Of a stretch of 64,000 nucleotides of DNA, positions 45,685-54,018 are shown piece by piece (the first letter of the stretch is position 1; each line of letters starts with the position of its first letter). The notes beneath the pieces are model-generated. The model searched no databases. It saw only the letters and a program-made list of their open reading frames with translations, and was not told the origin of the DNA. Origin of the DNA: Clostridia bacterium (GTDB lineage Bacteria > Bacillota > DSM-521 > Neomoorellales > SLTJ01); NCBI GenBank assembly GCA_004347685.1, contig SLTJ01000024.1:40622-104621 (forward strand). The letters run 5' to 3'. A program made the position numbers and the translations under genes.

Positions 45685-46839
45685 CTAGGACATGGCCGCC
45701 CGGTTGAGGCGGTACACCATGGCCAGGATTTCAGCCATCGCCTGGTAGAGTTCGGCCGGAATCTCCTGGTCAATCTTGACGCTCCTGTACAGCGCTTGGG
45801 CCAGCGGCGGGTTCTCAACTACCGGGACGTTGCTGGCCCTGGCCTTTTCTATGATGCGCCGGGCCAGGAAGTCGGCTCCCTTGGCTACCACGGTCGGGGC
45901 ATTGTCTTCCCCCATTTTGTATTTCAAAGCCACGGCCAGGTGGGTTGGGTTAGTAATGACCACCGTGGCCTGGGGCACCTTCTGCATCATCCGCTGCCGG
46001 GCCAGTTGCCGCTGCCTTTCCCGCAACCGCATGCGCACGTAGGGATCTCCCTCGGTTTGGCGCATTTCTTCTTTGAGCTCAAAGCGGCTCATCCGGAGGC
46101 GCTGCTGGAACTGGCGCCGCTGGAAAATGAAATCTATCAAGGCCAGGCCGAGGAATACCGCCATGACCATGACCGCCAGCCGCAGCACGACCTCGACAAT
46201 GGTGGCCACTATCTGGGGTGCTCCTACGTAAGCCAGGCGCAGGAGGACGGGAAAATCGCTGCTCACTACCAGGTAGGTTACCAGCCCTACCAGGACTACC
46301 TTGGCTATGGACTTAGCCAGTTCCATCAGGGAACGCCGGGAAAAGATGCGTTTAAAGCCCTCTACCGGATTGATGTTTTCCAGCTTGGGACGCAGCGGTT
46401 CGGCGGAGAAAATGAAGCCCACCTGGAGGTAATTGGCAGCCACCCCGGCCGCCATGGCCAGGGCAAAGATCGGGAGCAGGAGGCTGAGGCCGGTCAGGGC
46501 CACCTGGGTCAGCCAGGCCATCAGGTTTTGCGCGGTCACTTCATGGCCGAGGGGTTCCCGCCAGAGCCATACCAGTTCGTTTCCGAGTTGGCGCAGGAAA
46601 TCGTCCCAGGTCCACCACAGGAGCATGACCACCGCCGCCATCACTACGGCTGCGTTCAGGTCGGCACTGCGGGGAGCCTGGCCCTTGCGCCTTACCTCCT
46701 GCAAGCGGTGAGGGGTGGCTTGTTCCGTTTTTTCTTCCCCATCGGCAAACAACTGCAGGTCCAGCCGCAGGCGGGTAGTCACTGCCAGCCCGGGCGAAGA
46801 CGTCGGATGGCCGCACCTTTGTAGCCAGCGCTTGCTCAT
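45685..46839 (-). CDS. flhB: Flagellar export apparatus protein FlhB
   Basis: DLQLFADGEEKTEQATPHRL and the NPTH autocleavage site (VVITNPTHLAVAL). Confidence 0.9.
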   Translation of the reverse strand: MSKRWLQRCGHPTSSPGLAVTTRLRLDLQLFADGEEKTEQATPHRLQEVRRKGQAPRSADLNAAVVMAAVVMLLWWTWDDFLRQLGNELVWLWREPLGHEVTAQNLMAWLTQVALTGLSLLLPIFALAMAAGVAANYLQVGFIFSAEPLRPKLENINPVEGFKRIFSRRSLMELAKSIAKVVLVGLVTYLVVSSDFPVLLRLAYVGAPQIVATIVEVVLRLAVMVMAVFLGLALIDFIFQRRQFQQRLRMSRFELKEEMRQTEGDPYVRMRLRERQRQLARQRMMQKVPQATVVITNPTHLAVALKYKMGEDNAPTVVAKGADFLARRIIEKARASNVPVVENPPLAQALYRSVKIDQEIPAELYQAMAEILAMVYRLNRAAMS

Positions 46840-47603
46840 GGCTGCATCGCCGCCAGCACCGTGGCCAGGTCTTTCTCCATTTGCCCCATCATGACCCCCA
46901 CCAGCGCCGCCAGCACCGGCGTCAAAAGGGAAAGGAGCAGGATGGCCAGCCCGGCCTTGATAGGAAATCCCAGGATAAAAACATTAAGTTGGGGCACGGT
47001 GCGGGCGACCAGGGCCAGGGCGATATCACTTACCAGCAACACCGCTACCACTGGCGCGGCCAGGCGCAGTCCCAGGACAAAAACGCCGATAAAGATCGTG
47101 ATCACCGAAGAAGTCAGCGGGCCGCCGAAACTACCCTTTCCCAGGGGGAGCAGGCTGAAACTGTCCGCCAGGGCGCGGATAAGCAGGTGGTGACCGTCTA
47201 ACTCCAGAAAAACGAGTATACCGAGGGTAGAGAGGTACTGCCCCAGCAGACTGGTGCTGCTCCCGGTGACAGGGTCAAACAGGTTGGCCATGCCGAACCC
47301 GGTCTGCAGGTCAATGAGTTCGCCCGCCGTGCGCAAACTGTTATATACCATGGTGGAAACTATCCCCAGGGTGAGGCCGACAAAGATTTCCTTGGTCACC
47401 AGGAAGACATATTCCAGCCACGGCCCCGGCAGATCCGCCGGCAACGGCACGGCCGTAAAAAGGAGGAGAGCAACAAGCACTCCCAGGCCCGTACGGGCGA
47501 GGGCCGGAATGTCCCGCAGGGAAAAAAGCGGCGAACTCACCATAAAAGCAGTTACCCTGCTGGAAACCAGAAGAAACGCTTCCAGCCGCAGCGCCTCGGG
47601 CAT
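46836..47603 (-). CDS. fliR: Flagellar export apparatus protein FliR
   Basis: 255-aa polytopic protein between fliQ and flhB, with FliR-like helices. Confidence 0.85.
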   Translation of the reverse strand: MPEALRLEAFLLVSSRVTAFMVSSPLFSLRDIPALARTGLGVLVALLLFTAVPLPADLPGPWLEYVFLVTKEIFVGLTLGIVSTMVYNSLRTAGELIDLQTGFGMANLFDPVTGSSTSLLGQYLSTLGILVFLELDGHHLLIRALADSFSLLPLGKGSFGGPLTSSVITIFIGVFVLGLRLAAPVVAVLLVSDIALALVARTVPQLNVFILGFPIKAGLAILLLSLLTPVLAALVGVMMGQMEKDLATVLAAMQP

Positions 47604-47641
47604 ATTACCACCCTCAATCAGAAGTAGGCGTCATGGCGCCC

Positions 47642-47911
47642 CTAGCGAATCATACCGGGCAGGTTGCCAAAGATGTTCTGGGTAAAGTTCAGTATGGTAT
47701 TCAGCATCCAACCGCTGAACAGGAGCATGGCCAGCAGCACGGCAATGATCTTCGGCACAAAGGTCAGTGTCTGCTCCTGGATTTGGGTGGTAGCCTGGAA
47801 GATACTGATAGCCACGCCTACCACCATCCCAACTCCCAGCGCCGGGAGGGACAGGAGCAAGGCTACAATCAGCCCCTGACGGGCCAAGCTTAGAACCAAT
47901 TCCTGCGACAT
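47642..47911 (-). CDS. fliQ: Flagellar export apparatus protein FliQ
   Basis: 89 aa, AISIFQATTQIQEQTLTFVPK. Confidence 0.9.
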   Translation of the reverse strand: MSQELVLSLARQGLIVALLLSLPALGVGMVVGVAISIFQATTQIQEQTLTFVPKIIAVLLAMLLFSGWMLNTILNFTQNIFGNLPGMIR

Positions 47912-47923
47912 GGGCTCACCCCG

Positions 47924-48721
47924 CTAAAAGCTTTCTAGCAACGACTTCACTATTAGATACCACCCGTCCACCAGCACGAACAACAAAATCTTGAAAGGAA
48001 GTGAAATCATGATCGGTGGCACCATAAACATACCCATGGACATCAAGGTGCTGGCCACCACCAGGTCTATTACCAGAAAAGGTATGTAGATAAGAAAGCC
48101 CATCTCAAAGGCAGTTTTCAGCTCGCTGATGGCAAAGGCTGGAATAAGTACGTACATGGGCACATCGTCAGGGGAAGCCGGCCTGTCCATTTTAGAAACA
48201 TTGATAAATAGGGCCAGATCCTTTTCCCGCGTCTGCCGCAACATAAACTCCCGCAGGGGCTGCTCTCCCCTGGAAACAGCCTCCTCTTGCGCAATCTCCC
48301 CGGCCAGATAGGGTTGCAAGCTCTGGCTGTTGATTTGCTGCCAGGTGGGGTACATGGTAAAGATTGTCAAGAACAAAGCCAGTCCGATCAATACCTGGTT
48401 TGGCGGGATCTGCTGGGTGGCCAGCGCGTTGCGGACGAAGGCCAGCACCACCACGATCCTGGTAAAGGAAGTCAGCATGACCAGAAAGGCCGGGGCCAGG
48501 GCCAAGGCCGTAAGGAGCATCAAGATCTGCAGGGTGTCCACTACACCCTCAGGCTCGTTGCCGGGCCCAATCTGCACCTGCACCTCCGGCAATGGCTGGG
48601 CCAACGCAGGCCCTGCCGGAAGCATTGCCAGGGTGGTGGCCAGGAGCAGCATTAGCAGAACAACCGTTTTTGCCTTCACTGCTCCCGCCCATCCCTGAAC
48701 CTGGCAATCCAGTCCAGCCAC
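47924..48721 (-). CDS. fliP: Flagellar export apparatus protein FliP
   Basis: LLTSFTRIVVVLAFVRNALATQQIPPNQVLIGLALFLT. Confidence 0.95.
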   Translation of the reverse strand: MAGLDCQVQGWAGAVKAKTVVLLMLLLATTLAMLPAGPALAQPLPEVQVQIGPGNEPEGVVDTLQILMLLTALALAPAFLVMLTSFTRIVVVLAFVRNALATQQIPPNQVLIGLALFLTIFTMYPTWQQINSQSLQPYLAGEIAQEEAVSRGEQPLREFMLRQTREKDLALFINVSKMDRPASPDDVPMYVLIPAFAISELKTAFEMGFLIYIPFLVIDLVVASTLMSMGMFMVPPIMISLPFKILLFVLVDGWYLIVKSLLESF

Positions 48722-49038
48722 CGGTTAACCGGCCAGGGGATCCCCGCCCTGCCCGCGCCGTCGTCCTCTACTTCGCCGCCATATTCCTCCAGCTCGCGCA
48801 ACAACCTGGTGCCGCCCTCTCCGGTAGCGATCAGGTAATAGTGTCCGACCACCTTTACTATGCTGAGATAGCTCTTCGGACCTATGGCTATCTGCTCAAG
48901 CAACCTCATTTGCCGGGAATGGGACATCCGGCCGTTCCGGTAGCCGAGGCCATAGCGGACGGCCCAGTAAGCCAGAAACATCACCACGGGCAGGAAGATG
49001 GCCAGCCGGATGATTGCCTTCCAGAGTTCCCAGTCCAC
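48676..49038 (-). CDS. fliO: FliO/FliZ-like flagellar biosynthesis protein
   Basis: 120 aa with a single N-terminal TM helix. Its position immediately upstream of fliP supports the call. Confidence 0.6.
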   Translation of the reverse strand: MDWELWKAIIRLAIFLPVVMFLAYWAVRYGLGYRNGRMSHSRQMRLLEQIAIGPKSYLSIVKVVGHYYLIATGEGGTRLLRELEEYGGEVEDDGAGRAGIPWPVNRWLDWIARFRDGREQ

Positions 49039-49040
49039 GG

Positions 49041-49361
49041 CTACCCCACCCCTTCCAGGGCATTTATCCTGATGCTCAGCGATTCGTTAATGATGACAAC
49101 TTCACCGCTGCCCACGAGCCTCTCGTTGACCAGCAGGTCTATCCGGTCGCCGGCCAGCTTATCAAGCTTGATCAGGGAGCCGGGTTCGATCTCCAGGATC
49201 TCCCGGACGGTCATCTTGGCCTCCCCCAGCACTGCGGTGAGGGTGACTTCCACCTCCTTGAGCAGGTCAATACCGGCTTTGGCCGGCGCAACACCCGTAA
49301 CCGGCTGCAACGGCTGGAAACGCGCCTTTTTGATGGCTACCCCTTCTGGCATTACGGCCAC
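49041..49361 (-). CDS. fliN: FliN-domain-only switch protein paralogue
   Basis: VTLTAVLGEAKMTVREILEIEPGSLIKLDKLAGDRIDLLVNERLVGSGEVV matches the SpoA/FliN domain. Confidence 0.75.
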   Translation of the reverse strand: MAVMPEGVAIKKARFQPLQPVTGVAPAKAGIDLLKEVEVTLTAVLGEAKMTVREILEIEPGSLIKLDKLAGDRIDLLVNERLVGSGEVVIINESLSIRINALEGVG

Positions 49362-49373
49362 GGTTAAACTCCC

Positions 49374-49946
49374 TCACTGGATGATGAATTCTTCAAAGTA
49401 AAGGCCAGTTATCTTCCCTTGCAAAACATTATTAATGGCGCCCATGAGTTCCTCACGCAGCTTGTCAGTGGCCGAGGCCGGCAAGTCGGCCACGTGTTTA
49501 GTCCGCAAAGTAGCGATAACGGCGTCCCTCACCCGATACTTCCGTTCGGCTAGTTCCTTTTCCAGGTTCGGATCCGTATACTCGAGAGTTATGGTTGCTC
49601 GCAGGTAATGTCCTTGATCAGCCAGGTTCACCACGAAGCTTTCAATTTGCATGACCTTGAGGTTTTTATCATTGACCACCGCTGGAGCTGTCTGGCCGCC
49701 GGGATTGCCGCCGCCACTACCAAAAATGTTACGGACGGCACCCACGACCCCACCGGACGAACCGCCCTGCGCACCCGAGGACCTTCCAGATAGGAAGTAG
49801 ACCAGCCCGGCGCTGGCCACCAGGACGACCAGGAGAATGATCAGCAGGCGCCCTCTACCGCCGGACTTTTTGGTCTCGCTACTGGCCTGGGGGGCCGGAT
49901 TTACCGTCTGGGGCAAACTGTTGCACCTCGCTTCCGTAGACATCAC
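49374..49946 (-). CDS. fliL: Flagellar basal body-associated protein FliL
   Basis: TM helix LLIILLVVLVASAGLVYF, then FVVNLADQGHYLRATITLEY. The start may be downstream of 49946, since the track ORF overlaps motB by 68 nt. Confidence 0.8.
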   Translation of the reverse strand: MMSTEARCNSLPQTVNPAPQASSETKKSGGRGRLLIILLVVLVASAGLVYFLSGRSSGAQGGSSGGVVGAVRNIFGSGGGNPGGQTAPAVVNDKNLKVMQIESFVVNLADQGHYLRATITLEYTDPNLEKELAERKYRVRDAVIATLRTKHVADLPASATDKLREELMGAINNVLQGKITGLYFEEFIIQ

Positions 49947-50685
49947 GGATATGGATTACCATAACCACCCGCCGGTTCAGGGCCATATTGGCCTCGCTGT
50001 CGTTGGGGGCTACCGGGCGAAACTCGCCGAAGCCAACGGCCGCAAACCTGCGGGGGTCGAGGTTGTGGCTGCTGCTCAGATACCTTACTACCTGGGCCGA
50101 ACGGGCGCTGGAAAGTTCCCAGTTAGAGGGAAACTCCATGGTATTTATCGGCCGGCTGTCGGTATGCCCCTCTACCGAGATCTGGTAGGGAATACGCTGG
50201 AAAAACTGCGCTAGGCGGTCCAGGACCGGCAGGGCTTCGGGTTTGAGGTCGGCCCTGCCCGTATCGAAAAGGATGCGTTCCTTTATGTCCAGGGCCACCC
50301 CCCGGTCTTCCATACGCACCTCCACCACGTCGGCCAGCCCCGCTTCGGACAGGAAGCTCTGTAGCTGGTTAAATACCTGCATGATCTCGGCCCGGATGCG
50401 CTGTTCTTCTTGCAGCATGGCTTCCATATTCGGCGCTGGCGGCGGCAGGGGTTTTTGCTCTTGTCCTTGCTCAATACCCTGCCCCTCCAATGGTTGCGGT
50501 CCCATGTTCAAGATGCCGACCCCCTGGAAGGAGGCGATAAAGGCCTTGAACTTCTCCACATCCAGGATGGAGAAGGAATAGATGAGGACAAAAAAGACCA
50601 GCATCAGGGTAATCATGTCGGAAAAGGTGGTCATATAATAAGGAGCGCCCTTTTGCTCAGTTGATATCTTGCGGCGTTTAGGCAC
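49879..50685 (-). CDS. motB: Flagellar stator protein MotB (OmpA-like C-terminus)
   Basis: YMTTFSDMITLMLVFFVL plug/TM region and GHTDSRPI..SNWELSSARSAQVVRYL. Confidence 0.9.
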   Translation of the reverse strand: MPKRRKISTEQKGAPYYMTTFSDMITLMLVFFVLIYSFSILDVEKFKAFIASFQGVGILNMGPQPLEGQGIEQGQEQKPLPPPAPNMEAMLQEEQRIRAEIMQVFNQLQSFLSEAGLADVVEVRMEDRGVALDIKERILFDTGRADLKPEALPVLDRLAQFFQRIPYQISVEGHTDSRPINTMEFPSNWELSSARSAQVVRYLSSSHNLDPRRFAAVGFGEFRPVAPNDSEANMALNRRVVMVIHIRDVYGSEVQQFAPDGKSGPPGQ

Positions 50686-50687
50686 AC

Positions 50688-51482
50688 CTATTCCCTCCTC
50701 TCCTGCTGAGCCGTGGCGGACGCGAGCCGGGCTGCCGGAGATTGGAAAGCCCTCAGCTTGTCTTCCAGTATCCTGGGGTTGATACCGGACTGGATAGAGG
50801 TAATGGCCTCGATCATCAGTTCCTTGGCCGCCATTTCTTCCTCGTGCCGCAGGGCCAGTTTATTGGCCATAGGGATAAGGATCAGGTTGGCCAAGATGGC
50901 TCCGTAAAAGGTAGTTATCAAGGCCACGGCCATCCCAGGCCCAAGTTTACTTGGATCCTCTAGCTGCGCCAGCATCTGGATCAGTCCGATCAGGGTTCCG
51001 ATCATGCCAAAGGCCGGCGCCAGCTCGGCCCAGGTTCGCAGCAGGCGCTGGCCAAGTTCGTGCCTCTGGGTGGTGTAATCCATTTCCGCTTCCAGCACAC
51101 TGCGAATGACCTCAGGCTCAATGGCGTCAACCATCATCCTGATACCCTTCTGGTAAAAAGGATCGTCCAGCCGGCCGATGTCGTCCTCCAGGGCCAGGAG
51201 TCCTTCGCGTCTGGCCTTGCGGGCCAGTTCGTAAAATATGGCTATCAGATTATCAATATCCCAATTCTTGGTAAGAAGCACCTGACGGGCCACCTGAAAG
51301 GCACCGCGCAGTTGGGCGATGTCAAAGCTTATCGTAACTCCAGCCAGCGAACCGCCAATGGTTATCAATACCGACGGTATGTTCCAGAACAACAGGATGT
51401 TACCGCCGAGCATCAAGGCCGTCACGATAACCGCCACTCCGGCCACAATACCTACCATGGTTGTCCGGTCAGATCGCTGCAT
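50688..51482 (-). CDS. motA: Flagellar stator protein MotA
   Basis: 264 aa, four TM helices, PAFGMIGTLIGLIQML. Confidence 0.9.
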   Translation of the reverse strand: MQRSDRTTMVGIVAGVAVIVTALMLGGNILLFWNIPSVLITIGGSLAGVTISFDIAQLRGAFQVARQVLLTKNWDIDNLIAIFYELARKARREGLLALEDDIGRLDDPFYQKGIRMMVDAIEPEVIRSVLEAEMDYTTQRHELGQRLLRTWAELAPAFGMIGTLIGLIQMLAQLEDPSKLGPGMAVALITTFYGAILANLILIPMANKLALRHEEEMAAKELMIEAITSIQSGINPRILEDKLRAFQSPAARLASATAQQERRE

Positions 51483-51616
51483 CCAGTACCCTCCACCAGG
51501 CGGAAGATGTCTTTCCTGGCGTCACCGCCTGTTTCTCCACTCTGCCGTTTTTCCATGCCATGAGAGACAATCATGATGCCGGCTGCAGCGGGGATGGCCG
51601 CCGCCTAACCTTTAGC

Positions 51617-51654
51617 TCCCGGAGATCCGGGGCAGACCCCGGACTCTCCGGGGA
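51617..51654. other. Very stable near-perfect palindrome (about 16 bp with one bulge) in the flbD-motA spacer
   Basis: tcccggagatccgggg-caga-ccccggactctccgggga. It can also fold as three mutually exclusive short GC hairpins. No U-tract follows on the minus strand. Confidence 0.6.
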
Positions 51655-51683
51655 ACGGCAGCCACCCCTCGCCGCTATAACTA

Positions 51684-51911
51684 TTATCTATGCCGGTAAA
51701 AACGATCTCCGCAGCGGCAATGCACCACTGCCCCGCTTATCGCCCGCCGGTGTTTATGCATGCGCCGCACCACTTCGTCCAGGGTTTCCCTTACCAGCAC
51801 CTTCTTGCCGTTGGTCAGGGTAATGACCGTTTCCGGCATCCTCTCCACCCTTTCGATATGGTCTGGATTGAGCGCGATCTCGCGCCTATCCAGGGTAGTA
51901 AATTTCACCAT
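51684..51911 (-). CDS. flbD: Flagellar protein FlbD (SwrD-like)
   Basis: MVKFTTLDRREIALNPDHIERVERMPETVITLTNGKKVLVRETLDEVV. Confidence 0.85.
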   Translation of the reverse strand: MVKFTTLDRREIALNPDHIERVERMPETVITLTNGKKVLVRETLDEVVRRMHKHRRAISGAVVHCRCGDRFYRHR

Positions 51912-51968
51912 GGATTATCCCCTTTCCTCCTGGTAGACCAGGAAAGGAGGAATAATTTTTATTGCCGC

Positions 51969-52790
51969 CTACCGCTTCAGGTTAACAACCTCTTGCAGCA
52001 TCTCGTCGGAAACGGTGATAATGCGCGCGTTGGCCTGGAAACCCCGCTGGGTGGTGATCATGTCGGTGAACTCCTGGGCCAGGTCCACGTTGGACATTTC
52101 CAGGGAGCCTGGGACCAGGGTGCCGAGGCCGTCGTATCCAGGAACACCGCCCTCACCCAGCGTCAACGGCTGACCTGACGTCACTGTCTCCTTGAACATG
52201 GTCTCCCCTACCTTCTGCAGGCCTTCCGGGTTGGCAAACTTAGCCAGCTTGATGTTATCTACAGTGGTAGTAGTTTCGTTGAGATCGGTGACACTTACGG
52301 CTCCGTTCCGGTCAATGCTGAAGGAGGCTATGTCTTCTATGTTCCCCAGGACGATCTGGTTATCGTTAACGCCGGCCACATACAGCCCGTTGGCCTTATT
52401 GATAAGCCTTCCTTCGGTATCTATCCCAAAGACGCCAGACCTGGTATAGTACGTATTTCCGTCGGTATCGGTAAGGATGAAATAGCCGTCGCCGGAAATC
52501 ATCGCGTCGGTCGGTGCCCCGGTATACATTACCGCTCCCTGGGTATGCAAGGTATCCGTGCTGCCGACTCCGACGCCGATACCGACGAACTGGCCATTAA
52601 CTCCGCTTTGGGTCCCGGCCTCGGGCGGCGGCGCGGGTGCCACTAGCATCTGGTAAAAGACGTCCTGGAAATTAACCCGGTCTTTCTTAAAACCCACGGT
52701 ATTTACATTGGCGATATTATTGCCGATCACGTCCATGCGGGTCTGGTGGTTGCGCAGGCCCGAGACCCCGCTGTACAGTGAACGCATCAT
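51969..52790 (-). CDS. flgE: Flagellar hook protein FlgE (short Firmicute type)
   Basis: MMRSLYSGVSGLRNHQTRMDVIGNNIANVNTVGFK and C-terminus LEMSNVDLAQEFTDMITTQRGFQANAR. Confidence 0.8.
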   Translation of the reverse strand: MMRSLYSGVSGLRNHQTRMDVIGNNIANVNTVGFKKDRVNFQDVFYQMLVAPAPPPEAGTQSGVNGQFVGIGVGVGSTDTLHTQGAVMYTGAPTDAMISGDGYFILTDTDGNTYYTRSGVFGIDTEGRLINKANGLYVAGVNDNQIVLGNIEDIASFSIDRNGAVSVTDLNETTTTVDNIKLAKFANPEGLQKVGETMFKETVTSGQPLTLGEGGVPGYDGLGTLVPGSLEMSNVDLAQEFTDMITTQRGFQANARIITVSDEMLQEVVNLKR

Positions 52791-52944
52791 ATTCTATCCC
52801 CTCCTGTCATATCATACAGGCCTTATTGCACCGGGTCACTGCCGCAAGGCAGTTGCCGCCCACCCTGATACGGCTATAGTCCACGCCACGCTACTACTGG
52901 GCGGAGATAAATCTATCATGGCCGGTTTTCTCGGTTCCATCCTA

Positions 52945-53074
52945 CAACTTCTAACCTCTAACCTCCAGACCGGGCCGCTTCGGTCAATCCGCGGCCCGGG
53001 GCCCCCTCGGCTGAGGTCCGGCCCCTGAACTGGGAGTTAGAGATTGAAAATCGCAGAAACTGGCGATGCCAGTT
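52945..53074. repeat. Multi-hairpin element between the flagellar-operon protein gene and flgE
   Basis: Outer low-complexity arms are ctctaacctccag (left arm ends at 52968) and ctgggagttagag (53030..53042), pairing 11 of 13. Inside is a perfect 9-bp GC hairpin ccgggccgc (52970..52978) with gcggcccgg (52991..52999), then ggggcc (52998..53003) with ggcccc (53020..53025), then aactgg-cgatg-ccagtt (53058..53074). Confidence 0.65.
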
Positions 53075-53124
53075 CGAGAGTACGCCTGCCCGCTTCCTCC
53101 TAACGATTCCACCTAATCTCTTTT

Positions 53125-53493
53125 TCACCGGCGGATTATCACCGCGCTGTCAATGTTGGTAAATACGCGCTCCTCCGCCTGGCCCAGGTCCACCGCTGTG
53201 ATCACGGTGCGGCTGGGCACGCTGACCACCATGGCCGTATCGTCCATGATCACTAGGGATTCCCGGGCGCCCTTGCTGGCGGCCAGGTCCAGGGCAGACT
53301 GCAGGCGGCTCAGGTTTTCTGCCTCCAGCCCTATCCGCCGTGCCTGCAGGCGCGCTGCAGCGTGGCGGGAAAGGCGGATTTCCTGCTCCAGCACCCGGGC
53401 GAAGGCGGATCCCTTGCTCTCTCCCGTCTTTTGCCCGCCGGCGGGAGCTTCTGTTCGACCCGGCGGCGCCGGGGCTCCTACACGGGCAATCAT
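53125..53493 (-). CDS. Conserved flagellar-operon protein (the small protein found between flgD and flgE in Firmicutes)
   Basis: Start at ATG 53493..53491, overlapping the flgD TGA (ATGA) after GGAGGGG. MIARVGAP...RLSRHAAARLQARRIGL..VVSVPSRTVITAVD. The track ORF extends to 53724, but only as an overlap with flgD. Confidence 0.6.
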   Translation of the reverse strand: MIARVGAPAPPGRTEAPAGGQKTGESKGSAFARVLEQEIRLSRHAAARLQARRIGLEAENLSRLQSALDLAASKGARESLVIMDDTAMVVSVPSRTVITAVDLGQAEERVFTNIDSAVIIRR

Positions 53494-53990
53494 GGTGTCC
53501 CCTCCGGCCCCAGGGTGTCGGAGACGTCTGCGTCCGGGCCGCTCTCGGGCAAGGCCGCCTGCCTTACTTCCAGCAACTGGCTGAGGCTGATCTCCTTGTC
53601 GCCGAGTAACAGCCGCAAGTTTCCGTCCACCATGCGCACCCCGGTGACCACTCCCTGGAGCAAGCCGCCGTCCTGGTTCTGTCCCGTGACCTCCATCCCC
53701 ACCAGGTTCAGGGCTTGCTGCCACTTCAGGGTTTGCAGGTCTTCCTGCACCTTGGCCACCTTGTCGCTCAGGTTCACGATCTCCTGCACCATGGTAAATT
53801 GAGAAAGCTGCGTGAGAAGCTGCGTCGTGTCATTTGCCGGCTGCAGCGGGTCCTGGTACTGCAATTGAGCCACCATCAGCCGCAAGAAGTCGGTTGTCTG
53901 CAGTTGCCCCGGCATGGAAGTGGCCCCGCCAGGTACCGGCTGGCTGCCGGTCCCTGCGGCACCTATGGTGTTGCTCACGTCCATCACCAT
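53490..53990 (-). CDS. flgD: Flagellar hook assembly/capping protein FlgD
   Basis: DFLRLMVAQLQYQDPLQP. Confidence 0.85.
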   Translation of the reverse strand: MVMDVSNTIGAAGTGSQPVPGGATSMPGQLQTTDFLRLMVAQLQYQDPLQPANDTTQLLTQLSQFTMVQEIVNLSDKVAKVQEDLQTLKWQQALNLVGMEVTGQNQDGGLLQGVVTGVRMVDGNLRLLLGDKEISLSQLLEVRQAALPESGPDADVSDTLGPEGTP

Positions 53991-54018
53991 CCTCTCTGTC
54001 GCGATTGCCTGTTCCCAT

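Noticed and set aside
45796-46824. Long plus-strand ORFs, for example 45796..46824 (342 aa), 38665..39642 (325 aa), 17887..18765 (292 aa), 55534..56391 and 169..843
   Set aside because: All lie antisense to strongly supported minus-strand genes (flhB, flgF, FrhB-like, fliK, RAMP). Their translations are G/P/R/H-rich and low in complexity with no recognisable motifs, which is the expected by-product of high-GC coding sequence on the opposite strand.
52945-53050. Inverted-repeat elements as integron attC sites (ctaac ... gttag cores)
   Set aside because: The cores do not fit RYYYAAC/GTTRRRY well (for example GTTAGAG ends in a purine). There is no intI and no cassette-like gene organisation. 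The elements sit inside conserved operons.
53125-53724. The 199-aa ORF overlapping flgD, and similar 5' extensions of iorA (to 17246), herA (to 7297), cheR (to 37202), fliM (to 35421) and the brxC-like gene (to 12168)
   Set aside because: The extensions overlap the preceding well-supported genes in another frame, are Arg/Gly/Pro-rich, and skip internal starts that have good Shine-Dalgarno sequences and ATGA or short-gap coupling. I trimmed the starts accordingly.
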